Shown: positions 8,837 through 18,916 of the stretch, piece after piece
Layout: each line of letters opens with the position of its first letter
How positions within the stretch are numbered: position 1 is the first letter of the stretch
DNA from: Alphaproteobacteria bacterium
Lineage (GTDB): Bacteria > Pseudomonadota > Alphaproteobacteria > UBA3830
Direction of reading: 5' to 3'
Length of the DNA stretch: 64,000 nucleotides
Assembly (NCBI GenBank): GCA_017649895.1
Contig: JAGCFW010000016.1
Location: 1 to 64,000, forward strand
Translations under genes and position numbers: made by a program
The notes under the pieces: model-generated
Databases searched by the model: none
What the model was told of the DNA's origin: nothing
What the model saw: the letters and a program-made list of their open reading frames with translations, nothing else

Positions 8837-9256
8837 TTAAATCTCGCTACCCGTTGAACCTTCATCAGAATCTTCGGACTCAACAGCTAAGTCCGCATCT
8901 CCTTCAATTTCACTATCGCTAACGACATGCACACCTTCTTTCTCGATGGCCTTCACAGACAAACCTTCATACGGATTATAGGTATCCTCTTCAACCATTT
9001 CGTCCAGATCTTCTTCTTCCTCATCCGAAGGCAAAAACGAACGAAAACTGTTAATTGCAGCTTCTTTCAGATCATCGACAGAAACTGTACGAGCGGCAAT
9101 CTCCCTCAAAGCAATCACAGGCTTTTTCTCATCGTCAGCATCAACAGTAATCGTATCTCCTGCCAATATCTGACGCGTCCTTTGCGCCGCGAGTACCACC
9201 AAGTCAAAACGATTTTTTACAACCTTTTCACAATCTTCAACAGTTATACGAGCCAT
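8837..9256 (-). CDS. rpoZ: DNA-directed RNA polymerase subunit omega
   Basis: MARITVEDCEKVVKNRFDLVVLAAQRTRQI..., with an acidic C-terminal tail. Confidence 0.85.
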   Translation of the reverse strand: MARITVEDCEKVVKNRFDLVVLAAQRTRQILAGDTITVDADDEKKPVIALREIAARTVSVDDLKEAAINSFRSFLPSDEEEEDLDEMVEEDTYNPYEGLSVKAIEKEGVHVVSDSEIEGDADLAVESEDSDEGSTGSEI

Positions 9257-9320
9257 AAACTTCCCCCAGCCACTAACAAGTGTATAATGTTAGTATATAT
9301 ACCTCAAAATTTCAATATTT

Positions 9321-10292
9321 TTATTTTGATGTGAAAGAATCTATCATTCCTATAATAACCGGTCCTAACATAACTATGAATAGGCACGGCATAATGAAAA
9401 ACATCATAGGTAAAGTCAATAATGTCGGAGCTTGAGCAGCTTTCCCTTCGGCTTCCAGCATTCTCTTTTCTCTCGCTTCGATAGCTAACTCCTTCAAAGA
9501 GGTCGATAATGACGAACCATACTCAATAGCTTGACTTAATGTTTTCGAAATAGTCTTTATCTCAAGACAGTCTGTCCTGTTTTCCAGATTTGTAAAAACT
9601 TGTCTGTGATCCGGAATCATCTCCAGCTCAATAGATGTCAAACTGAGTTCATCTGCCAAAACAGGATTAGATGTCCTCATTTCTCGAGCAATTCTTCTGA
9701 TAGACTTCGTCAAATCCAATCCGGATTCCGTGCAAATAACCAATAAATCAACCAAATCAGGAACCCCTTTATCGATGGCTTCTTTTCGTTGATTGGCTAT
9801 CATTTCATAATTCAAATCCGTCAATTTATGTCCACCTACTATTCCCCCTAATATTCCTAATAAACTAGTCAAATAGAAGGGAATGTCAAAATTATTTGTA
9901 CCCAACAAAAGCACTATCATGAGAAAAATTGCAAGACCGGAAGTAAATTTAGCTGTCATAAATTCTTCCATTGCACTATCATGTCTCATACCGGCTTTTA
10001 TGAGCAATGACTTCATGTTATCTATCAATTCCGGATTTTTTTCCCCTATTAAGTTAAATAACTTGTTTTCTCCGAACATTGGTCCTTTTTTACTCAAACC
10101 AATATTTTCATCCTCTCCGCCTTCCAAATCATTTTCAACTTCTGAAGCCTGTATTCCCACTTTTTTTATTCTTCTTGCAAGCCTCATGCCACTTATCATT
10201 TTGTGAACCCATATATCAACATATGGCTTTATCCACATATAAACGCAAAGAGTAACAAACAAAGTAATTATATTTAAAAACGACTCTTGCAT
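9321..10292 (-). CDS. tadC: Flp pilus assembly inner-membrane protein TadC (GspF-like)
   Basis: 323-aa polytopic membrane protein of the T2SS-F family, immediately downstream of tadB. Confidence 0.8.
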   Translation of the reverse strand: MQESFLNIITLFVTLCVYMWIKPYVDIWVHKMISGMRLARRIKKVGIQASEVENDLEGGEDENIGLSKKGPMFGENKLFNLIGEKNPELIDNMKSLLIKAGMRHDSAMEEFMTAKFTSGLAIFLMIVLLLGTNNFDIPFYLTSLLGILGGIVGGHKLTDLNYEMIANQRKEAIDKGVPDLVDLLVICTESGLDLTKSIRRIAREMRTSNPVLADELSLTSIELEMIPDHRQVFTNLENRTDCLEIKTISKTLSQAIEYGSSLSTSLKELAIEAREKRMLEAEGKAAQAPTLLTLPMMFFIMPCLFIVMLGPVIIGMIDSFTSK

Positions 10293-10293
10293 A

Positions 10294-11304
10294 TCACACC
10301 TTTATTTTCGTTGCCTTTAACATAAAAAAAGTTCCCATAGAAAATAAGACTATCATTATTTTGAGAAGCGTCTGACCAGATCCTGTATCAGTAAACGTTT
10401 TTAGATGGGCAGGATTTAACAAGGCCATAATCCCAGCGAAGATAAACGGCAAAACACTAAGAACTATAGCTGACATTCTGGCTTCGGCGGACATTGCCTT
10501 CAGTTTCAATCCAAGCTCAAGCCTTTTTCTCACAATACTACTGAGATTTGTTAAAATTTCTCCCAACATACCTCCGTTTTCCATCTGAAGAACCAGCGCC
10601 ACGACCAAAAACCTAAATTCTTCTAAATCAATTCTATCTGCAGCCTCTTGCAAAACTTTTTCCGGCTCAATCCCCAAATCAAGCTTTTGGCTAATTGTCT
10701 CATATTCACTGGCTATTGGATCTTTAGATTCCACACTAACCAATTTCATAATACGTCCGATGTTTAATCCAGCCTTTACTCCTCGAATCATCATATCAAT
10801 TGCATCAGGAAATAATTTAAGGAACTCTGCCTTTCTACTTTCCGCTCGAGACTTTAGATAGGTATATACCAAATAGGCTCCAACACTCATACCAATAGGA
10901 ATACCTGTCAGCGCATTCAAAAATTTGAAATACAGAATAATCACTGACATCGCAACCCCTCCTAAAAAGCAATAAATCACGAATTGACCAACGGACATAT
11001 CCGTAATACCAGCTTTTTTCATTATGTTTTTTATTTTATTTATGAAATTTTGAGTTTTGTCACTGTTTTCATCCGTTCCCTGAAAACCACTCTCTACAAA
11101 TGTAGAAATTTTGGCTGCCCCCCCTTCTAAAAGCACATCTTGCTGTTTAGATAGCATTTTTAAGCGTCTTTTTATCCTGGCCCCGGAAGTTTCTTCTTCC
11201 TCCTCTCCTTTTTTCACAGATGGCTTGGACATCAACATATAAACCGTGTAGGTACAAAAAAAAGCACAAAAGAAAAGAAATATAGAATCAATAAATGTCG
11301 TCAT
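10294..11304 (-). CDS. tadB: Flp pilus assembly inner-membrane protein TadB (GspF-like)
   Basis: 336-aa membrane protein, 1 nt from tadC. Confidence 0.8.
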   Translation of the reverse strand: MTTFIDSIFLFFCAFFCTYTVYMLMSKPSVKKGEEEEETSGARIKRRLKMLSKQQDVLLEGGAAKISTFVESGFQGTDENSDKTQNFINKIKNIMKKAGITDMSVGQFVIYCFLGGVAMSVIILYFKFLNALTGIPIGMSVGAYLVYTYLKSRAESRKAEFLKLFPDAIDMMIRGVKAGLNIGRIMKLVSVESKDPIASEYETISQKLDLGIEPEKVLQEAADRIDLEEFRFLVVALVLQMENGGMLGEILTNLSSIVRKRLELGLKLKAMSAEARMSAIVLSVLPFIFAGIMALLNPAHLKTFTDTGSGQTLLKIMIVLFSMGTFFMLKATKIKV

Positions 11305-12634
11305 TATCTATCTCTCCTCCATTTTTTTCAATTGCCGTTCTCATTATGTTCAATAACTCTTTATCAAGACCATATGTTATGGCTTTATCCAGAAAAGCCG
11401 GTTGCTCCACTCTTGCCTCGAATCGACCAATCACCTTATGATCTTCCGATTCTCCTATCGGAACAAACTTGAACAAATGTTGATATTGAATATCCCCTCT
11501 TTCACTGATACCTGTCACTTCAACTATCTCAGTAATTTTCCTGGTACCGTCATGGAGTCGCTCTGTCTGGACAATCATGTTAATAGCACCTGCTATCTGC
11601 GCTCTCACTATCTCGCTAGGCAAATCAAATCCAGACATTGCGACCATGTTTTCTAAACGAATAAAAGCTTCTCTCGCTCTGTTTGCGTGAATTGTTGACA
11701 TAGATCCATCATGCCCCGTGTTCATAGCTTGTAACATGTCGATACATTCTTCACCTCGAACCTCTCCGATAACAATTCGGTCTGGTCTCATACGAAGTGC
11801 GTTCTTAACCAAATCACGAATGGTTACTTCACCTTTTCCTTCAATGTTAGGAGGACGACTTTCCAAACGAACTACATGTGGCTGCTGCAACTTCAACTCA
11901 GCTGCGTCTTCACACGTTACAATACGCTCACGAGGATCAATAAGTTGTGATAATGCGTTCAACATTGTCGTTTTTCCAGAACCCGTACCGCCTGAAACAA
12001 TAATGTTTAATCCACAGGTCGCAGCTATTTGCAAAACTCGAACCATTTCCTCCGTCAAACTGCCATGTGATGCTAAATTATGCAAATCCATCGCTTTCTT
12101 AGAAAACTTACGAATTGAAATAGACGTACCGTCCAAAGCGATCGGAGGAACAACAATGTTAACACGACTTCCATCAGGGAGACGAGCATCACAGAGAGGG
12201 CTGGAAGTATCGACACGACGACCGACTCTGTGGGCAATTCGTTGAGCAATTTGCATAAGGTGAGCATCGTCTCGGAATTTTACCGGTACCAATTGCATAA
12301 CACCTGATTTTTCAACATATATTTGAAAAGGTCCGTTAACAACAATATCAGAAATTGCCTCATCGTCTATTAAAAGCTCCAGTGGACCAAGTCCGATCAT
12401 ATCGTCGACCAACTCTCTAGCAATACTTATCTGTTCTCGCTTGGTAATCTGTGCTCGCCGTTCTTGCGCAAAATCGAAAACGAAGTTTTCAATCTCCGTT
12501 CTCAATTCTTGCGGGGTTAATTTAAAAGCCGTCGCCAAGTTAATTCGATTTAACATTGTATCATGGGCTTCTTTACGAAAGACTGTAAGTAAAGGAGATT
12601 CTTCCGTTATCGTATCTCTTATTTCATCAGCCAT
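11288..12634 (-). CDS. cpaF: Flp pilus assembly ATPase CpaF/TadA
   Basis: 448 aa. Walker A SGGTGSGKTT, with secretion-ATPase Asp/His boxes. Confidence 0.9.
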   Translation of the reverse strand: MADEIRDTITEESPLLTVFRKEAHDTMLNRINLATAFKLTPQELRTEIENFVFDFAQERRAQITKREQISIARELVDDMIGLGPLELLIDDEAISDIVVNGPFQIYVEKSGVMQLVPVKFRDDAHLMQIAQRIAHRVGRRVDTSSPLCDARLPDGSRVNIVVPPIALDGTSISIRKFSKKAMDLHNLASHGSLTEEMVRVLQIAATCGLNIIVSGGTGSGKTTMLNALSQLIDPRERIVTCEDAAELKLQQPHVVRLESRPPNIEGKGEVTIRDLVKNALRMRPDRIVIGEVRGEECIDMLQAMNTGHDGSMSTIHANRAREAFIRLENMVAMSGFDLPSEIVRAQIAGAINMIVQTERLHDGTRKITEIVEVTGISERGDIQYQHLFKFVPIGESEDHKVIGRFEARVEQPAFLDKAITYGLDKELLNIMRTAIEKNGGEIDNDDIY

Positions 12635-12647
12635 TTAAACTCTCCCC

Positions 12648-13886
12648 TTACTTTTTCATAAATTTACCGATTGTATTAAAAATTTCATTTTTAACTTTAT
12701 CGAAGGTTAAGCCCTCTCTTTCCGAAATCGCTCGAACGATAGCTTGGTTCTCATTCTTACCGAGAACGTCATCGGTAACTGCATCCAAAATCTCCGTCAA
12801 TGGTCCATCCGAAACCACCAAAGGTTGTCCTATATTCGCAGCCGCAAGAGTTATAGTCTCGTCCAAAGGCATAACGTAATCTATTTTTCTGCTTATCACC
12901 TCTTCAAACGACTCTTTTGCAATAGCTCCAGCGCTTGAAAGTCCGTTTTTATTATCAATTATTATAATTTTTTTATTACTGTGCTTGATTAACAAAAATT
13001 CCAACAATCTCGCTGCATTTTGAGCAGATGCCATAGTCATCTCAACCATAATTATAAAGCAGTCGGCTTTTTTCATGGAAATCTTATTTATCTCATTTTG
13101 ATCTCGCTGAGCATCAACTAAAATATAGTTAAATTGTTTCTTTAATATCGTCATCAAAGTTTCAAAGGCATCTATATCCACTTGTACTCCTCTGACCAGG
13201 TCACACAATCCACCCAAATAGTACAATCGTTGCGTACATTTTCTTAAAATTGTCTCGGTAAAGTAATCATCTATCTTATCCGGTGACTCCAAAATATCCA
13301 GATAAGCATTTTCTGTCTTTACATCCAAAAGCAAATTCGCTGTTCCGTACAAAAAATCTAAATCCATAATTAAAGTACGCTTAAATCGTCTGTTTGCAAG
13401 CAACCATCCTACATTTGCAACAACAGTTGTCGCTCCAGCTCCGCCAGTCGCACTCATCACATGGATCAATTTTCCTTCTTTCTGAACTTCATTTTTTACC
13501 CCAGTTGCTTGCTCTATTGCCCTTCGTAACAGGATATTTCCCAGAGGCTTAACTATATAATCGACAACACCGGCCTCCTTCAAATCCCGAAACAATCCAA
13601 CCTCATCCCTCGAACCAATCACAATGATTGAAATATTAGGAGCACTAAATTCCTTTATCTTTTCGATATCTCCCAGAGGAAGTTCCGAGTTTGAAACATC
13701 AACAATTAATACTTTTGGACTCCTGTTCTCTTTTAAAAACTCCAGAGCGTCTGCAACACTTCCCATCTTAGCTTCAGCATAGGCTATATTCATTTCTTTT
13801 ATGACATTCCATATAACCTGCTCTGAAACCGGATCATTCACAAAAGCCATCAGGTTGTGAGGTAATTCGGATATACTCTTCGCCAT
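12648..13886 (-). CDS. cpaE: Flp pilus assembly protein CpaE (ParA/MinD-like ATPase with an N-terminal receiver-like domain)
   Basis: 412 aa. P-loop SATGGAGATTVVANVG. Confidence 0.8.
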   Translation of the reverse strand: MAKSISELPHNLMAFVNDPVSEQVIWNVIKEMNIAYAEAKMGSVADALEFLKENRSPKVLIVDVSNSELPLGDIEKIKEFSAPNISIIVIGSRDEVGLFRDLKEAGVVDYIVKPLGNILLRRAIEQATGVKNEVQKEGKLIHVMSATGGAGATTVVANVGWLLANRRFKRTLIMDLDFLYGTANLLLDVKTENAYLDILESPDKIDDYFTETILRKCTQRLYYLGGLCDLVRGVQVDIDAFETLMTILKKQFNYILVDAQRDQNEINKISMKKADCFIIMVEMTMASAQNAARLLEFLLIKHSNKKIIIIDNKNGLSSAGAIAKESFEEVISRKIDYVMPLDETITLAAANIGQPLVVSDGPLTEILDAVTDDVLGKNENQAIVRAISEREGLTFDKVKNEIFNTIGKFMKK

Positions 13887-13900
13887 AATAATTCTCCCTT

Positions 13901-14584
13901 TTAATTAGATGACCTCGATGATTTACTTGAGGAGTTACTAACAGAAGAAGACGAACTTCCTCCGCTACTCGATCCCATTTCACCCATCGCGCTAATTGCG
14001 CTTTCAGTCTTTTGTCCCTTATATTTTCTCGGAGATATCAAATCCGCACTATTGGATACCATCTCTTCCATATTGTAATTCGTAGCCCGTCCATAATGTG
14101 GCAATGACTTGTCCGTGTCACAGTCACCGATATAATCACTCCACAGACTAATATCTGTTCTTTGAAGATCATATTTCAAGATATCAACCCTGATTCCTTT
14201 TTTGGCATCTTTGTATATACAAACCCCGGAATCCACGATTCGACTTTCCAAGAAGCCGGCTCTAATCATTTTCGACTTCACCTGATCTGAAACAGCTTTT
14301 TTCTGCGCAGTTAAAACAGGAGAATTTGAAACTATCATAAATCCGACATTTTCAATTCCTTCCCCCTTTGAATCTTTCAACAATTTTTCCAATCTTTCTT
14401 GGTCGCTTACAGAGAGTTGAAAATTGTTGTCTACGCCAAAAAAGTGAGTAATTCTATTTTCTGTTATATTGATTTTCACTTCTTCAAAACCACCAAATGA
14501 CCCAGACTTACTCTCACTGCTGCACCCGGTTAATATCAAACAACATACTGTCAAACCTAAAAAATACTTCATAACTACCTCCAT
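13901..14584 (-). CDS. cpaD: Pilus assembly lipoprotein, CpaD-like
   Basis: Lipobox LTGC in MKYFLGLTVCCLILTGCSS. The position between cpaC and cpaE is as in Caulobacter. The true start is probably MKYF, 4 codons in. Confidence 0.5.
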   Translation of the reverse strand: MEVVMKYFLGLTVCCLILTGCSSESKSGSFGGFEEVKINITENRITHFFGVDNNFQLSVSDQERLEKLLKDSKGEGIENVGFMIVSNSPVLTAQKKAVSDQVKSKMIRAGFLESRIVDSGVCIYKDAKKGIRVDILKYDLQRTDISLWSDYIGDCDTDKSLPHYGRATNYNMEEMVSNSADLISPRKYKGQKTESAISAMGEMGSSSGGSSSSSVSNSSSKSSRSSN

Positions 14585-16126
14585 TTATTTCAATGAAAAT
14601 CCTGCACTGTCCGCCTCTTGCCCAAATCGGTGAAATCTTCTCTTGGTAATCGACTTCAAGGGAGATAACATTTTCGGAATCATATCCGTTGGGACTTTTA
14701 ATCGAGAAGAAGACGGTTTCACTATGTAAGGGGTAACGATAATCACCAATTCTCGTTCTGTCGACTCTATGTGAGAACTCTTAAACAAAGAACCTATTAA
14801 TGGAATTTCTGCAAAAAACGGAGTCTCTGTAGAGTTGGTGGTAGCCTGTTTTTGTAACAAACCAGCCAAAACTATGCTTTGACCACTTCCCAGTTCTATC
14901 ACGGTTTCCACATTCTTTGTCGCCAATGCAGGAGCACTATTCTGATCTTTCCGAGGTTCGAGAGAACTAACCTCTGTTTTCACTTTTATGTTGATTCTAT
15001 CTTCTGAAAGAACCACTGGCGTAAACTCGAGAGCTGTTCCCCAATCTTTAAACTCTGTTGTTTTATTCGATCCAGTATCTCCCTGATTGACTGTATACCC
15101 GAATTGTCCTCCAGATTTAAATGTCGCGGATTTTCCAGACAATGCTACTAAGTTAGGTTCCGCCAAAATTGTACCAAACTCTTCTTGAGCTACGGCATCA
15201 ATCAAAGCAGATAGATTATTTACACCAGCTGCAACAACCCATCTTCCTCCTTTTATTTCTGCAGTAAGAACATCATCAATAACATCTGTTGTTACATTAG
15301 TTGAATATTTTGGAAAACCCTTCGTGTCAACCCCCGCAGCCATACCGATTAATCCTGAACTTCCGCCGCCAGATGATGATAAGGTTCTCCAATCAATCCC
15401 CAAGGATTTTGTTATATTTCGAGTAACCTCTGCTATTTTCACCTTCAACAATACCTGGGTAGCTGTCTCTATTGTAAGCTTGTTTATGATTTTGCCACGA
15501 TCAACAAACCTGCCAACAATATCCAGTACATCTTGAGCCATTTCCGGAGACGCAACATTACCTTTTAAAATCAAGTTGCTATCAATAGAAATTAAATCAA
15601 TTTCCAAATCAGGAAAAATCTTTGCAATAGATTTTTTGATATCTCCCAAAGGATATGTAACCTTTATAAGGTAGTCACAAAGGGTCTTCCCTTCTTCATC
15701 GCGAATAATTAAAGGGGTTTTCCCTACACCCAATCCACTGAAATACAAAGATTTCTTATTCAACAGACTGACATCCACCACATCCGGATTTGGAATAAAG
15801 ACCTCATCCATCTCCTTATCAAATTTAAGGAAGTGAATAGAGTGTATATCTATTTCCTTTTCCATTTTTTGGGCTCTTTTCGCATCGTTTTTTGCTTCTT
15901 CATTTTTTCGATTATTGATATTACGAACAAACGCGTCATTCATTATTCCATTGTTTGCATTTTTGCTCTTAGATTTTCCATTAACTCTCACTTCAGCATC
16001 GTCATAAGATCCTTCATCGACAGACCTTAAATCCTGAAACCGATTTGCATCCCTATCAGCAAAAACGCTTGAAATATTCATCAATCCTAAAAAAGCGAAA
16101 CATATAACACTTAATTTCTTTTTCAT
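14585..16126 (-). CDS. cpaC: Flp pilus secretin CpaC/RcpA
   Basis: 513 aa with a signal peptide and a C-terminal secretin domain. Confidence 0.85.
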   Translation of the reverse strand: MKKKLSVICFAFLGLMNISSVFADRDANRFQDLRSVDEGSYDDAEVRVNGKSKSKNANNGIMNDAFVRNINNRKNEEAKNDAKRAQKMEKEIDIHSIHFLKFDKEMDEVFIPNPDVVDVSLLNKKSLYFSGLGVGKTPLIIRDEEGKTLCDYLIKVTYPLGDIKKSIAKIFPDLEIDLISIDSNLILKGNVASPEMAQDVLDIVGRFVDRGKIINKLTIETATQVLLKVKIAEVTRNITKSLGIDWRTLSSSGGGSSGLIGMAAGVDTKGFPKYSTNVTTDVIDDVLTAEIKGGRWVVAAGVNNLSALIDAVAQEEFGTILAEPNLVALSGKSATFKSGGQFGYTVNQGDTGSNKTTEFKDWGTALEFTPVVLSEDRINIKVKTEVSSLEPRKDQNSAPALATKNVETVIELGSGQSIVLAGLLQKQATTNSTETPFFAEIPLIGSLFKSSHIESTERELVIIVTPYIVKPSSSRLKVPTDMIPKMLSPLKSITKRRFHRFGQEADSAGFSLK

Positions 16127-16152
16127 ATCACTTCTCCTACACTCTCTTCTAA

Positions 16153-17448
16153 CTACTTACCTTCCTTCGCAGAATCATCCTCATTATTACCGATTTTCTT
16201 ATCATCCTTTTGAAATTGCACTTCATCAGAGGTCAATTTTCGGTATATTTTCACTGAATCCTCTTTTTTCTTGTCTTTTGATTTGTTAGATTCTGAAACA
16301 ATACGCCCAGATACAACCTCATATTTACTGGAATCTTCTGATGAGGAGTCCCTTTCTTTTCCTTTTGGCATAGTCTGCGCGCCAAAATTACTCATATTAT
16401 GCAAAAGTGCTGATATATTGCTTTCTTCCTCTTGGCGTTTTCTAACGGACTCTTTTAACATTTCAGCAGACGAAGTTTTACCTATTTCCCAAAGTCCTTT
16501 AATTAAGATACTATCGTCAGCATTTGAGGAATTATCCTCGTTTAGTGAATCCTTATTTTCGGAATCTTCTTCAACAAAATCTTCCTCAATTTTTTCGTCC
16601 TTACCTCTAATAATAATCGTAATACCGTTGTTGCCAGCCTGCTTTAACATATCATTGACATGTCTTCCCTTGACTTCCAAAGTGATATTCCGAGGAGTTG
16701 ACGATCCCCCTATACCAAAAATTCCTTTATTATCACCTTTATCAGCACGGGGCTGCTTGGTAACTCCATCTATCGCAAGAATTCTCAATGCTTTATAGTT
16801 ATAGGTTCTTTGTACCCCTCCTTCGAGCGAATTTATTATTACATCCACGTAATCTCCCTGAGTAATCATACTGCTAGAAATCGGTGTCCTTTGATCAACC
16901 TGGAAAGTAACAGCTCTGTATCCTTTCTTTATAGTACTCTCTTCTGCCTCTTTCTTTTTTTCAAGTTCAGCTTGCTTTGCTTTTTCCGCTTCTTCTGCTT
17001 CCTTCTTTCTTCTCGCAATCTCCACTGGATCATCTCTTGTTAACATACTTAAGGTTAAAGGAATTCCTGCAGGTATCTCATTTTTCGCCCACATGCTTAG
17101 TGCGTTAGCATAATCATCTTTGTTATTCAACGGATTTCCTTTACTATCCTGGGCAATAAAATACGGCTGAACGGCATTGGATGGCCAAGATTTCCAGCTC
17201 AGTTTAGATTGCAAAATTCTTTCATCTTTTTTAATTTCGCTACTCGTTACCAATACCTGTATTTCTTTTATCTTCTTTTGCTCAGATTTAATCATCAAAG
17301 GGATATCAGGCAATGATAACTCTTTCTTGAGTGGCTGCTGCTTTATGATCGTGCTTCCGGAAGGAATCATCCATCGAATTATTCCCGTAACCACCAAAGC
17401 TACCGCCGACGCTATAACAACAGGAACTATGTCTCTTTTATTACCCAT
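16153..17448 (-). CDS. cpaB: Flp pilus assembly protein CpaB with a long charged C-terminal extension
   Basis: 431 aa. N-terminal TM plus SAF/CpaB core, then about 150 aa of D/E/K/S-rich low complexity. Confidence 0.8.
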   Translation of the reverse strand: MGNKRDIVPVVIASAVALVVTGIIRWMIPSGSTIIKQQPLKKELSLPDIPLMIKSEQKKIKEIQVLVTSSEIKKDERILQSKLSWKSWPSNAVQPYFIAQDSKGNPLNNKDDYANALSMWAKNEIPAGIPLTLSMLTRDDPVEIARRKKEAEEAEKAKQAELEKKKEAEESTIKKGYRAVTFQVDQRTPISSSMITQGDYVDVIINSLEGGVQRTYNYKALRILAIDGVTKQPRADKGDNKGIFGIGGSSTPRNITLEVKGRHVNDMLKQAGNNGITIIIRGKDEKIEEDFVEEDSENKDSLNEDNSSNADDSILIKGLWEIGKTSSAEMLKESVRKRQEEESNISALLHNMSNFGAQTMPKGKERDSSSEDSSKYEVVSGRIVSESNKSKDKKKEDSVKIYRKLTSDEVQFQKDDKKIGNNEDDSAKEGK

Positions 17449-17452
17449 ATCA

Positions 17453-18016
17453 TCACCTAAACATCACATCAAAAATCACAAAAAATCCTCCGCAAGATAA
17501 CGCCACACCATAAGGCACTTCCTGCTTTAATATATCGGTACTACCAACCTCAAGCTTTACCGATTTGGCTTTTATCTTATACAATGAAAGTAAAGCAATT
17601 CTTAAAAACCGAATTTTTTTCTTCTTCATTGCTGAAAATATGATAAATAACCTTTTTCTAAACATCGCTAACTGCTTTCCACAGAATATATAGATTAATG
17701 CAAGTACCAAGCCTCCAATAGCAGTCCCCCAGATAAATTCAAACATACTATTTTCTGCAAACAACATAAGAGGTACCAGAAGCTTTACATCGCCTCCACC
17801 GATAAGATTGAACTGATTTAAAATAAAACAAATCGCGAAAGTAATACAGGTAATACCGAATGCTTCCGCAAAATTCTGCCCAGAAACGCCAAAAATATAC
17901 GATACCACGTACAAAAGGAGCAAAAATAAGACGTATTCATTTTCGATTCTAAAAAACATAAAATCATTCAACGCAATAACTATCAAAACCACTGCAAAAC
18001 AAAACCAAATAAACAA
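17453..18016 (-). CDS. cpaA: Prepilin peptidase CpaA/TadV (A24 family)
   Basis: 187-aa membrane protein with GGGDVKLLVPLMLF. TTG start. Confidence 0.8.
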   Translation of the reverse strand: MFIWFCFAVVLIVIALNDFMFFRIENEYVLFLLLLYVVSYIFGVSGQNFAEAFGITCITFAICFILNQFNLIGGGDVKLLVPLMLFAENSMFEFIWGTAIGGLVLALIYIFCGKQLAMFRKRLFIIFSAMKKKKIRFLRIALLSLYKIKAKSVKLEVGSTDILKQEVPYGVALSCGGFFVIFDVMFR

Positions 18017-18147
18017 GTTTCAACTCCTTATCGTCCCCAGCATAAATGGTTTACGTAAAAATAAAGTTAATTTCTGATTGAAACTTTTTATAATTTGAAT
18101 TTTTTTTTATAAATTTTATAATGGTCCTGTAGGATGAGGGAAATGCG

Positions 18148-18888
18148 ATGTCGGTAGATTTTGAAATAAATAATTCTGTTGCAATTTTAACATTAAATAA
18201 TCCGAAAAAATTAAACGCACTTAGCACAAATTTTGTCGAAGAAATCTATGATTATCTTTCCGATGTTGAGAAAAAAGCTAACGTTTTGGTGATATTCGGC
18301 ACGGAGAAAGCGTTTGCCGCGGGTGTTGATATCAATGAGATAGACTCTCTGACGTTTGAGCAAGCTTTGCTAAATGAATTTATCGACTACAAATGGGAAC
18401 GCATTCTAAATGTAAAAATTCCTGTAATTTCTGGGGTAGAAAAATATGCTCTCGGCGGAGGGTTTGAGCTGGCTCTCGCTTCTGACATTATAATAGCGAA
18501 CGAAAACGCAAAATTCGGATTTCCTGAAGTAAATCTGGGACTTATGCCGGGATTAGGTGGCACTCAGCTCCTTACGAGGATTGTTGGATCAAAAAAAGCA
18601 AGCGAACTAATTATGAGCGGAGATTTTATTGACGCACAAGAAGCTTTGCGTCTCAACATTGTTTCCAAGGTATTGCCTTCTTCTGCGGATTTAAAACAAG
18701 AAACTTTAAATCTTGCGAAGAAAATTGCTGAAAAATCTCCAACCAGCTTACGTCTCATAAAGGAAGCAATACAACTTTCTCAAAATACAGGTTGCACTCA
18801 GGGTATAAAGACCGAGAGAAATTTATTTCGCTCACTGTTTTCAACATCTTACAAAGAAAAACTAACAAAAGAGTTCTTAAAAAAATAA
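18148..18888 (+). CDS. Enoyl-CoA hydratase/isomerase (crotonase) family protein
   Basis: 246 aa. AFAAGVDI... and GGGFELALASDIIIA oxyanion-hole motifs. Confidence 0.8.
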   Translation: MSVDFEINNSVAILTLNNPKKLNALSTNFVEEIYDYLSDVEKKANVLVIFGTEKAFAAGVDINEIDSLTFEQALLNEFIDYKWERILNVKIPVISGVEKYALGGGFELALASDIIIANENAKFGFPEVNLGLMPGLGGTQLLTRIVGSKKASELIMSGDFIDAQEALRLNIVSKVLPSSADLKQETLNLAKKIAEKSPTSLRLIKEAIQLSQNTGCTQGIKTERNLFRSLFSTSYKEKLTKEFLKK

Positions 18889-18916
18889 CAATTCTATAGA
18901 GCTCCGATATTACAAA

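Noticed and set aside
11718-12245. 175-aa plus-strand ORF inside cpaF
   Set aside because: Antisense to a strongly supported ATPase gene. Spurious.
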